In this document: positions 37,046 through 49,297 of the stretch, piece by piece
Layout: every line of letters starts with the position of its first letter
How positions within the stretch are numbered: the stretch's first letter is position 1
NCBI RefSeq assembly: GCF_006345805.1
Contig: NC_042997.1
Span: 61,752,001-61,816,000 of the forward strand
Source of the DNA: Octopus sinensis
Taxonomy: Eukaryota
Direction: 5' to 3'
Length of the DNA stretch: 64,000 nt
Program-made: the position numbers and the translations under genes
The notes under the pieces: model-generated
Seen by the model: the letters and a program-made list of their open reading frames with translations, nothing else
The model's database searches: none
Told to the model about the DNA's origin: nothing

Positions 37046-37272
37046 TGATGATGATGATGATGATTGATGATGGTGGTGGTGGTGGTGGTGGTGGTGGCGG
37101 TGGCGGCGGCAGCGGCGGCAGCGGCGGCGGCGGCAGCGGCGGCGGCGGCATCGGCGGCGGCATCGGCGGCGGCGGCAGCAGCGGCGGCGGCAGCAGCGGC
37201 GGCGGCAGCAGCGGCGGCGGCAGCAGCGGCGGCGGCAGCAGCGGCGGCGGTGGTGGTGGTGGTGGTGATGAT
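37046..37272. repeat. GC-rich compound trinucleotide repeat GAT-GGT-GGC/AGC-GGT-GAT
   Basis: Direct reading; includes several ggcggcggcagcagc 15-mers. Confidence 0.9.
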
Positions 37273-37989
37273 GAAATTTTGTTATACTCTTTATGAAATT
37301 GATCTGGCAACCTTAGTCGTGTACCCTCGCATTGTTGCTATCGAAAGTGGTTAGCGAAGAAGACAGAAGTTCGCATACATCGTCTGTTACTTCAACAAGT
37401 TGTCTGAGAAATTTCTTCAGTTGCTGCGCGTGTGGTTGTGTATTATGCACTCGTGTCCCGAATAATAGTGAGTTAAAACTCACTAATTAGTTCGTATTTG
37501 ATGGGGTTTATGTTGCTCTGTTTGTGCTACACGACTAGATGCATCAACTGATGTGCTTATGTATTCAACCAAATGTGTCCACTACAGTGGCATCCCATAA
37601 GCGACATCGGTATCGTCTCCAAAGTATAGAAGTCTGACCGGTCTACATTGTTAACAGCCTTTTGATTGATTTTTTTTGCCTTTCATCCAACCAATGTATA
37701 AAATAAAGTAAACAATCATGTACTGGTTTGTTACAATTACTCTCCCTTTGCCACAAATGTGAGGCCTTCTATCTACATTAGCTATCGTTAATTATTAATG
37801 TTGATAATTGGTGGATTCATCGGTAGAATGCTGGACAAAATGTTTTCGTTCTGTCCTTTTATATTTTGCATTAAAATCCCACTGACGTCGAGTTTGCTTT
37901 TAATATTTCATGAATCGATAAAATAACTATCAGTGAAGAATAGTTAAGCTGATTTAATCAGCTGTGTCTATCTTTATATATATATATAT

Positions 37990-38052
<63 letters not shown>

Positions 38053-38059
38053 GGTATGT

Positions 38060-39490
38060 AGAAAAATACAACATGGACAAGAACGTATAACTCATAGAAG
38101 ACGATACAATAAACATGGACAGGACATTCGAACCCCTCAGTCTTCAGTCAAGAACCGGATCATCGTAGTAATTTCGGCTGATTAATCTTGAGATTACTAG
38201 ATCACGGCCAGCCCTCCAAGAAAAACTAAGCTGGAAGCGTAGATTTCCTGGAAGAAGGATCGAATGCATACGACACCAGGACAGCAAAAGGGACAGATAT
38301 AGAAAAAACAAAAAACAATAATGGAATACAGAAACATGAAATACAGAAGCATTAACGGTGAGAACACACAGTGTCTTACGACTGATAACAAGCAAACAAA
38401 TTTTTTCTCTGGCGCATTGGAAAAGCCTTATAGCGGCGGACGAAGAACAACGATGTTAACACGACGAGGGTCAGGAGCTGAAAGCAGATTTCGGCCAACA
38501 GTCACGTGACAGAGAAGAGAGAGAGAGAAAAGGGGGACAAAACGCAACAAAGAGAGAAGAGAGAGAAAGAAGGAATCAGAGAGGAGAAGGGATGGGTGTC
38601 GAAGAATGACCTGTGAGTGCAGAGCGAGACAAAGATAGGAGGGTAGTGGAAGACTAGACCAAAGGATCAGAGGAAAGAGAAGATGAATAGAGAAAAGTAA
38701 AAATGAGAGAGAGAGAGAGACAAACAGAGAGTCGTACCAATTATTAAGAATATGTGTTCACATTAATTAAGGGGGTACGGGGCGCCTGGAATATATGTTA
38801 GTATTAGAAAAATACAACATGGACAAGAACGTATAACTCATGAAGACGATACAATAAACATGGACAGGACATCGAACCCCTCATCTTCGGTCAAGAACCG
38901 GTCATCGTAGTAATTTCGGCTGATTAATCTTGAGATTACTAGATCACGGCCAGCCCTCAAAAAACTAAGCTGGAAGCGTAGATTTCCTGGAGAAGGATCG
39001 AATGCATACTAACACCAGGACAGCAAAAGGGACAGATATAGAAAAAACAAAACCTAATGGAATACAGAAACATGAAATACAGAAGCATTAACGTGAGAAC
39101 AACAAGTGTCTTACGACTGATAACACCAAACAAATTTTTTCTCTGGCGCATTGGAAAAAGCTTTATAGCGGCGGACGAGAAAACGATGTTAACACACGAC
39201 GAGGTCAGGAGCTGAAAGCAGATTTCGGCCAACAGTCACGTGACAGAGAAGAGAGAGAGAGAGAAAAGGGGGACAAAACGCAACAAAGAGAGAGAAGAGA
39301 GAGAAAGAAGAATCAGAGAGGAGAAGGGATGGTGTCGAAGAATGACCTGTGAGTGCAGAGCGAGACAAAGAATAGGAGGGTAGTGGAAGACTAGACCAAA
39401 GGATCAGAGGAAAGAGAAGATGAATAGAGAGAAGTAAAATGAGAGAGAGAGAGACAAACAGAGAGTCGTACCAATTATTAAGAATATGTG

Positions 39491-39492
<2 letters not shown>
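38060..39492. repeat. Tandem direct repeat, period 746 bp, embedded in (TA)n
   Basis: Copy 1 at 38060-38758 and copy 2 at 38806-39492, separated by a 47-bp spacer. Confidence 0.92.
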
Positions 39493-39528
<36 letters not shown>

Positions 39529-39707
39529 TAGACATACATATATATATAAATATATATATATAGCTAAAGATTGGCATGGCCGTGTGGTAAGAAGCTTGCT
39601 TCCCAATCACATGATTCCGGGTTCAGCCCCACTGCGTGACACCTTGGCCAAGTGTCTTCTACTACAGCCTCAGCCTTATGTGTGGATTTTGTATGAGTGG
39701 ATTTTTG

Positions 39708-39755
<48 letters not shown>

Positions 39756-39906
39756 CAAAAGCGCAGGAGTGGCTGTGTGGTAAGTAGCTTGCTTACCAAC
39801 CACATGGTTCCGGGTTCAGTGCTAGTGCGTGGCACTTTGGGCAAGTGTCTCTACTATAGCCTCGTGAATGAATTTGGTAGATGGAAACTGAAAGAAGTCT
39901 GTCGTG

Positions 39907-39970
<64 letters not shown>

Positions 39971-40122
39971 GACGAGGTATTTTCCGTCTGCCAAATCCAC
40001 TCATAAGGCTGAGGCTGTAGTAGAAGATGCTTGGCCAAGGTGTCACGCAGTGGGGCTGAACCCGGAATCATATGATTGGGAAGCAAGCTTCTTACCACAC
40101 GGTCATGTCTATCTTTAGCGAT

Positions 40123-40193
<71 letters not shown>

Positions 40194-40216
40194 TTATATA
40201 TATATATATATATGTA

Positions 40217-40390
40217 TATACTTTATTTAAAAGTTTTGTTAACAAAACTCTCCGACGAACGGGAACGTGAAACTCTGAGTAACAGCTTTTGTTATATTTC
40301 TGATGCTTTTAAATAAAGCATATTACTCTACCTCTGGTATTTGAGTAATCTTTTTTCCACCTTGTTTCACATTTATGTGCTTACTCCGGT

Positions 40391-40392
<2 letters not shown>
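40217..40392 (+). mobile_element. PLE-like short repeat with degenerate hammerhead motif
   Basis: actct-ccgacga-acg ggaa cgt-gaaa-ctc-tgagt at 40247-40280; same family as 59331-59516. Confidence 0.6.
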
Positions 40393-40482
<90 letters not shown>

Positions 40483-41224
40483 ATACACCTGTTTGTTGTT
40501 TACACACCTGTCTTCGTCTTTTGTTTTTTGTAAATTCCAACTATATACACACACACACATAAGTATATATATTTGTGTGACTGTGTGTGTATGTGTATGT
40601 AAGTGTGTGTGTGTGGGTGTGTGGGTGTGTGTATGTCTGTGTGTGTCTATGTGTGTCTGTGTTTGTCCCCCCACCCCCTTCCACGTAAATTAGCGGTTCG
40701 GCAAAACAGACCGATAGGATATGCACTAAACTTACAAAGAATAAATCCTGGGGTTGATTTCTTCCACTAACATCCTTTAAAGCGGTGCTCCAGCATTACC
40801 TTTAGCAGCTGAAATAGGTGAGAGATGGCGACACCTTTTTACCATAAGAGAGATTTTTCTCCACGGTAACTGCAGTCATTTGCCTTTAGCAGTTGAAATA
40901 TGTGACAAAATATATTTCACCTAATCTAAAATCTACAAAATTTGTTTAGTTCGTTCAGAGTTGAGGACTTAGTTTTATAGCATATCATCAGATCCCAAAA
41001 CCTGTTGACTTAAGGCCTCTATGCTATGGTATTCCCATTAACCGGTCTTATTTAATTTTAATATATACTGCTCTATAAGTGTGCTTCTTTTTTTTTTCGG
41101 ATATATGTTTTTACAGACGATATATATATATATAAAGTTGATCCAAACATGAAAACACAACAACGCGAGGACGTGGAACAAATATAATATTATTGGACGC
41201 TCAGGAAGGAAGGGAAGAAGGAGG

Positions 41225-41259
41225 GATTAACGTTTCGAGCAGAGCTCTTCGTCAGAAAC
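41225..41259 (-). ncRNA. Minimal type I hammerhead ribozyme motif (PLE-type) within a ~200-bp repeat (41137-41335)
   Basis: Minus strand GTTT CTGACGA A GAGC TCT GCTC GAAA CG TT AATC. A second copy at 60487-60520 has GAAG instead of GAAA. Confidence 0.6.
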
Positions 41260-41346
41260 ATAGGAAAAGGAAAGATCCAGAGAAGGGAAGACGGAGGGGA
41301 AAAAATCGCCAAAGGTACACACGCGGTCACATTTTGAATGTATATA

Positions 41347-41393
<47 letters not shown>

Positions 41394-41645
41394 GGCCGTG
41401 TGGTAAGAAGCTTGCTTCCCAACCACATGATTCCGGGTTCAGTCCCACAGTGTGACACCTTGGGCAAGTGTTTTCTACTATAGCCTCGGGCTATATATAT
41501 ATAAAGAAATACTGTAAAACTAGGCGCTTTGTGGACTTGAAGCCCGGGGTAAACCCATAGACTGGTCTTAACTAACTTTATCTAATTAGTCTACTGCTCT
41601 CTATAACTTAGAGTGTGCTTTTCTTTCGGATTTATAATTTACTGA

Positions 41646-41689
<44 letters not shown>

Positions 41690-41696
41690 TATATAT

Positions 41697-41810
<114 letters not shown>

Positions 41811-42328
41811 GTCGCGTACCCTTATATTGATGTAATTGAAAGCCGTTGGCGAAAAGACAAATATTTGCGCACATTGTCTGTTATTTCATTGAGTTGTTTG
41901 GAGATTTCTTCAGTTGGTGCGCGCGTGGTTGTGTATTATGCACCCGTATCTCGAATAATAGTAGCTTAAAACTCACTGTTAGTTTGTATTATGGAGATTG
42001 AGCTGCCAACTGTAGCAGGTCATAAGAACACCTAGAGCAGTTATAGACAAATTGCGCCTCGCGGAACTTGCTGAATGGCACACCAAATGAAAAATGACCT
42101 TACTACTCACTTACTAAAATTAGTTTTAGTAGTGTGACCTGCCTGACGATGATCTACGTCTCATACGGCTCGATTCTCATAAAAGTTAGTCCATGTCCGA
42201 ACGGCTCATTATTGACAAGTCTAAGACGTCGGCTGCGAATAGGAATACTTAGTTACCTCCCTTTATGTTCTAAGTTGACATCGCCCTGGAATTTTATATA
42301 CATACATACAAACATACATACATATATA

Positions 42329-42407
<79 letters not shown>

Positions 42408-43189
42408 TATCCTTCCAGGTTCAGTAAAATACAGAATAAATAAATGCTAACGTTGATTGAATCAATAGTGCTTTCTACCAAATGTATGACTTTACGTTAG
42501 CAATGCAACAGGGGTAGCAGAAACGGTATAGAATTAAAATGAGTTTAGAAATTTTCATTAGTCGTTTACAAAGAATTTTCTGATTGAATACATTAAGTCG
42601 GATACCTGTATTCCCTGTTGTATTGTATAATTATGAGATCTAAGGTGTCGAACTAGAAAAATCGTTAGCATGCTAAACAAAATGCTTAAAGGTATTTCTT
42701 CCGGCTTTACGTTCTGAAATCAAATTCCAGCGAAGTCGTCTTTGCCTTTCATCCTTTCAACTGGTACTTGTTTTATCGACCTTGAAAGGATGAAAGGCAA
42801 AGTCGACTTCGCCTTTTATCCTTTCAGTGTCAATAAAGCAAGTACTAGTTGAGCACAGGGGTCGATGTAATCCACTAGCTCCTCATCTTCCACCAAAACT
42901 TTCAGGCCTTATGCGTATAATCGAAACAAAGGACCTTTTCTCTTTGGCTGAAACTTTTTGAAATTTTAAATTAAGTGAAAATTTTCAAATTTAGTATACT
43001 GATTTAATTTTTCATGCTGAATCTGCTGTTTTTATTTTTTAAAAATAAATAGACATAATATAATGTCTAAAAGTTGATGAATACCACCTCTTGATCCCCT
43101 CCATTTTCTTATTGCTGTACACATGTATATACATACATGATGGCCGTCCACACGTGACCGAGGAAGACCATTGCCGACCTTCAGGAACA

Positions 43190-43582
43190 TTGTGCGCTCT
43201 AGGACTAACTTATATTTTGCATTTGCGGCTCCGTTGGTGGCTAATGAGCCCTGCTCTTGACAAGCATACACGACTGCAAACATTGCAGACCAAGCTTTCC
43301 CCCATTCACTATACGAGCCGTGCGCTTTCGTGCAGCTCGCTTAAGTTCTTCGTGCTGGATACGTGCTCTTTCAAAAGTGTCGATCCCCTCCTTAACCTGC
43401 TTCATCCATCTGTGACGATGACAGGCATTGTTCTCCCTGTCAGTGTCCAGCATATCACATGCCTTTAATGAGGACTTGACACAGTCCTTAAATCGTAGCC
43501 TTGGTTTCTGCCGGAGTCTCCTTCCATTCACAAGTTCTCCATAGAGCATCTGCTTAGGAATCCTGCTATCCTTCATTCTAAC
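43190..43582 (-). pseudogene. RTE-clade (BovB-like) LINE 3' end with C2H2-like knuckle
   Basis: [44 protein letters not shown]. Confidence 0.85.
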
Positions 43583-43647
43583 ATACATACATACATACAT
43601 ACATACATACATACATACATACATACATACATACATACATACATACA

Positions 43648-43677
<30 letters not shown>

Positions 43678-43679
<2 letters not shown>

Positions 43680-44443
43680 GGGCGGGTGAAAAGTAAGTAG
43701 GCTTCAACCAGTTTCCTCAAACGGCCAGAGATGGAATGAACAACTTTCTGAAGGATGTCATCTGGTATATCATTGAGAACCTCCTGAATCCGTGTCTCCA
43801 AGTCTTCCAGTGTACAAGGTTTTGTCATGTGCACCTCCTCTTTTGTGTAACCCCACAGGTAAAAATCATATGGAGTAAGATCTGGACTTCTTAGTGTTCT
43901 GGACTTCTGCGGTCAAAATCTTCAGGATTTAGCTCCTGCATGTTATGAGGTTTCCACGGACGAAAATTCAATTCTTTACGCAACACTGTACGTATTGTGT
44001 GCCTTGTTAGTTCACTTTAACGAGCCGCTTGACGTGTTGATTTTTCCGGGCTGCGATTAAACATTTTCTGCACTATTGCCACGTTCTCTATTGGTCGGGA
44101 TGCGGTTGGAAGGCCACATATTTTTGAATCATTCACAGAGCCCGTAGTCATCAGCTTTGCATGACAATCTTTTATTTTCTCCGAGCGTAATGTTGCATGC
44201 TTACCTTTCCATGCACACCACCGTCTCTGGATCAAAACAATGGAATTCCACACTTCATAGCGTGCTGCTATCTTAGCTCGCTCCAAAGCAATCAAGCGAC
44301 CGGCCATCTGGAAAATAAGAAATAAGGAAATAAGAAATCTCCATTAGTGTGGTCTATTTAAAAAATGTTTTCATCATGACTTCGATGATACTAAAATCTC
44401 TATAAGCTATTTATAATACCTAGTTTACTTTCCACCCACCCTG
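43678..44443 (-). mobile_element. Internally deleted Tc1/mariner element of maT/DD37D type
   Basis: TIRs tagggcgggtgaaaagtaagtagg / cctagtttactttccacccaccctg; N-terminal HTH region (..RSPEKSTRQAAR) and C-terminal SPDLTPYDFYLWGY. Confidence 0.82.
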
Positions 44444-44462
44444 CATATGTGTGTGCGTGTGA

Positions 44463-44514
<52 letters not shown>

Positions 44515-46161
44515 GAGTCATTGTGTCTGTGTTTGTCTTCCACCACCACTTGACAACCGGTGTTAGTGTGTTTACATACCCGTAAATTAGCAGTTTCGGT
44601 AAAAGAATCAGATAGAATAGGTACCAGGCTTTACAAAAAATAAGTACTCGGGTCGATTCGGTGGTCTAAAAATTTTTTTGACGGTGCTCCAGCATGGTCG
44701 TAGTCTAATGGCTGAAACAAGTAAAAGATAAAAGATATTAAAAAACATAAAATACAAAGACAATTTTAACAGTTGAAATGAAACAAAATAAGACAAGGGA
44801 CATAATTTAATGTACTCTATGAAAGAATTACTTCCCTTGGACTATTACTGAGTATGTTACCTTTCTTTGTTATGGTAGCTTAAACTTTTTTCTTCGTGGG
44901 TTATTTTTAATTTACCTATTTCCCTCGTGAAAAATAAAATTATGAATTATATATCAGGATTCATTCAAATGGCTATACCTTTTCTTGTGTACCAATGAAA
45001 AGTCATTGTTGGCTTTGTAGAATCAGTGAAGCATCAGACTAAAAGGGGTGGTGATTAGTTACGTTGTTTTACATTCTGTGTTTAAATCCTGCTGGAGTCG
45101 ACTTAGCCTTCTATCATGGCACTGAAAAAAAAAACTAGTTAAATATTTAGGTCAATATATCGATTATGGTAGACTCTCCCGTCGAAGACGACGTATAAGT
45201 GTTCAGCTTTTTGCCGAACGGCCTGCACAAATGACTTGTTTATTGTGATCTAATGTATTTACTGTACATCATGCTCGCTCTCTCCATCAAATCGACGATG
45301 TCTGAACAGCTGCACGGTATACCATGCATCAGAGGTCGAAGTCATCGCAGAGCAACGCGAGATGAAGTGTTTTGCTCAAGAACACAACTCACCATCCGGT
45401 CTGGAAATTGAAACCACGATCTCGCGAACGAGTGCAAAAACTTAACCACTAGGTCATGCGCCCTCACATTTTCGATTATAATAACGAATATAATCTATCC
45501 TCAAAGTTGAAGCTTTGTACCTAAGTCGATGGAATGGTAGATCGTAAGACCGCCGGACAAAAACACCATTCAGTATTTCTTCCACCACTTTATGTTTTGA
45601 GTTCAAATCCCGCTAAGATCAACTTTGTCTTTCTTCCCTCTGGGTTCAATAAAATAGAGTATCAATCAAGATGTGGCGTCAATTTAATCGTCCAACAGCC
45701 TTCAACCCACCAAAAATTGTTGCCTTTGTCTCTAAACTAGAAATAAATATCGTTACCGTAGTTGTTGTCCTTATTGTTAAGGGGTGGCGAACTGACAGAA
45801 TCGTTAGCACTCCGTATAAGATGCTTAGCGACGTTTTTTGGGGTTTTTTTCCGTCTATACGTTCAAATTCTGCCACGGTCGACTTTGCCTTTCAACCTTT
45901 CGGAGTCGATGAAATAAGCATCTGTTGCGCACAAGAGTCGATATAATCAACGCACTCCTTCTCTACAAAATTTCAGGCCCTGTGCGTGTTGTAGAAAGGG
46001 TGATGGACTGACAGAACCATTAGCACGCTATTTCCTATATTGTAGATTCAAATTCACCTTTTCATTCCATTCATTTCAAAGTCGATGAAATCATAGAGAG
46101 TTGAAACAATTGCTTTCATGCAATTTATTTGATTCTCTAATAACCCTGCCAACCAGCCACC

Positions 46162-46197
<36 letters not shown>

Positions 46198-46491
46198 CGT
46201 GCGTGTGCGTGTGCGTCTGCGTGTGTGTGTGTGTGTGTGCGCGCGCGCGCGCTCGTGCTTACATGCGTGCGTAAGTGTAAGAGACAGAGCGAGAGAGACA
46301 AACAAACAGAGAAAGAGAGTGCAGGCATGGCGGTGTATTTCAGTAGCATGTTTTATGATCACATTCCTGCAGGTTCAGCCCCACTTTGACACCCTGGCCA
46401 AGTGTCTTCTACTACAGCTTCACACCAACCAAGGCTTTGTGAGTGAATTTAGTAGATGGAAATTGTGTATAAGCCATCATACATGTATACG

Positions 46492-46554
<63 letters not shown>

Positions 46555-46604
46555 TTATCAATCTATCTGTCTGTCTGTCTGTCTGTCTGCCTGTCTGTCT
46601 GTCT

Positions 46605-46671
<67 letters not shown>

Positions 46672-46734
46672 GGGTGGATGGTTATGTATGTATGTATGTA
46701 GGTAGGTAGGTAGGTATATGACACTATATTTATA

Positions 46735-48050
46735 GTCAGACAAGCATTTGGCTAAGAATAAACCATTGTACTTGGTGTTTGTTGACTTGGAGGAAGCCTT
46801 TGACTGAGTATCTCACTGTGTGATATGGTGAGCTGAGATGAGTGGCTTTGAAAGCTATACAGGCCATATACAGAGGTTCTGTAAGTAAGGTGAGAGTTAA
46901 CCACAGGTACGGTGACGAACTTAATGTACAGGGAGGCATCCCTCAGTGTTTGGTTCTTATCCCCTCCTATTTGTCATTGTTCTCCAAGTCATAACAGAGG
47001 AATTCAAGACTGCCAGCCCCTGGGAACTACTACTACATGCTGATAATCTTACCCTCATAGTAGATTCTATATCAGAACTAGAAAAGAAATTCCAGGTGTG
47101 GATGCAAAATCTGGAATTGTAGGGCCTTAAAGTTAACTTAACAAAGACTAAGATTCTAGTAAGCAAGAAAACAGACAGGACCCAACCCCCATTTAACAAA
47201 TGGCCCTACTTGATATGTAGGAAAGGCCTAGGCAGGAATTCCTTATGGTGTACCAAATTCAAGCTATGGATACACAAGAGAGGCAGTGAAATGATAGGAA
47301 GGTTATCAGAAAAAGTAGTGTTCGTATGTGGAAGATGCACAGGAGCCATAAAAACTACAGACTCAGAAAATTGGTTTTGTCATATGTCCTGGATACTCTT
47401 TAGAGACAGTGGATAATAATTGCTACCTAATTCAGAGAGCTTTTATCTCTGTTGGCAATGTTACATAGTAGTGAGATGTGAGCCCTGAATGCAGAGAACA
47501 TGTGAGAGCTAGAGTGGAATGAAGCTAGTAGCTAGTATGCTCTGCTGGATGTGTAATGTCAGTGTACATGCACAACCGAGCACTAGTGTATTGAGAGAAA
47601 AGTTAGGCATAAGAGGAACCAGATGTTCTGTGCAAGAGAGAAGTCTGGAAATGTGATGCACGTGGCTGTAGACAATTGTATATAGAAATGCTGATAAGTG
47701 GATAGAACTCGCAAACGAGGAAGACCCAAGAAGATAGGACAAATTACTGAAGGCCAATCCCAAGATCCTGAGCCCCATAAATGAGATGAGAAAGGACTAA
47801 GGTATCTGGCATTTTTTCTGTACTTAAGAAAACCTGTCCACCTCAACAGAATTTATACTGATGCTGGTTCCACATAAAAAGCACTGGTGATAGCGCCACA
47901 CAAAAAGCACCAGATACACCCAGTAAAGTGGTTTGTGTTAGGAAGAGCATCCAGCTGTAGAAACTGTGCCAGAAGAGACAATGGCACCTGCTGCAGCTCC
48001 TGGCCTTACAAGCTCCTGTCAAACTGTCCAAGCCATGATCATGATAATGA
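46735..48050 (+). pseudogene. RTE-clade LINE relic (RT plus 3' tail)
   Basis: DLEEAFD..LLFVIVLQVITEEFKTASPWELLHADNL..GLKVNLTKTK..CGRC; tail gttaggaagagcatccagctgtagaaac..(GAT)n. Confidence 0.85.
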
Positions 48051-48075
48051 TATATGTGCGTACATGTGTGCATGC

Positions 48076-48107
<32 letters not shown>

Positions 48108-48252
48108 ATGTCTGTGTGTGTTTGTGTGTGTGTGTGTGATTGTGTGATTGACCAGCTGTTGTTACACATTGCTGGTTGACCACCTGTTGTTATACATCAC
48201 TGGTCAAAATGCACTTTGTATCATTTTAGTTTTAGAATGATGCCACCCTGGT

Positions 48253-48294
<42 letters not shown>

Positions 48295-48879
48295 ATGCAT
48301 GTGTTGAGAGAAAGAGAGAGATACATGCATGATATTTATACATGCATATATATACACACACATGCATATACATACATCTGTGTGCATGCATATATATATA
48401 TATATATATATATACACTCATACATGTACATAATTAGAATATTTTGGGATGTAATTCTTTCTCTTAATCAGTAAACTAACCCATTCACAACCTTGCCATG
48501 AATAACATTTACTTTGATTGCCATTTCCCTTGGTATATATTGTAATTAAGTACAATTTAGGTTATTATGAACTACAGGAGTGGCAGTGTTATATGTTGTA
48601 TTCATAATATCAACCTTTCTGCAACTGATTAGGGTCATATAATGTTTTGGCTGAGAAAATAATTTTGATAAAAATGAGGAAAATGTTTGGAGCAACCTTC
48701 ACATATTGTGTTGCGGAATTCATGTAACAACAAAATCCAAAAGAGGCGACAAATAGCCATGGTAAATCTACACCAATGAGGAATGAGTATAGAATTATTA
48801 TAACAAACATTTTTCAATATGAGTGTAAGAAAATAGGTTAGAAACAATGAAAAGTGATCCCAGAAAACTAGTAATTAAC

Positions 48880-49297
48880 TAATTGCTGCTGCCACTGTTA
48901 CCATTGCAGCTACTGCTGTTGCTGCTGCTGCTGCTGAGCTGTTGCCACTGCTGCTACTATTGTTGTTGTTGCTGTTGTTGTTTCACTGCTGCTGCTGCTG
49001 CTGTTGTTGTTGTTGTTGGTGGTGGTATTGTTGTTGTTGTTGTTGTTCTTCTTGTTCTTCTTCTTCTTCTTCTCCTCCTCCTCCTCCTCCTCCTCCTTCT
49101 TCTTCTTCTTCTTCTTCTTCTTCTTGTGGTGGGTGCTATTGATGTTCTTCTTGGTGATGGTGGTGGTAGTTGTTGTTGTTGTTGGTCTTCTTCTTCTTCT
49201 TCTTCTCCTCCTCCTCCTTCTTCTTCTTCTTCTTCTTCTTGTGGTGGGTGCTATCGTTGTTCTTCTTGGTGATGGTGGTGGTGGTTGTGTTGTTGTT
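48880..49297. repeat. Compound trinucleotide array (CTG/TTG/TTC/TCC/GGT) with a duplicated sub-block
   Basis: Direct reading. Confidence 0.9.

Noticed and set aside
37002-37354. Poly-Pro, poly-Gly or poly-Ala ORFs as a structural protein exon
   Set aside because: All frames are repeat translations with no splice or flanking coding support.
38125-38150. CTGAAGA on the minus strand of the tandem unit as a hammerhead
   Set aside because: It is followed by no stem II and by CGAAT rather than GAAA, and the second copy differs.
39760-39830. tRNA gene
   Set aside because: The A/B-box-like head continues into the SINE A body and no cloverleaf is apparent.
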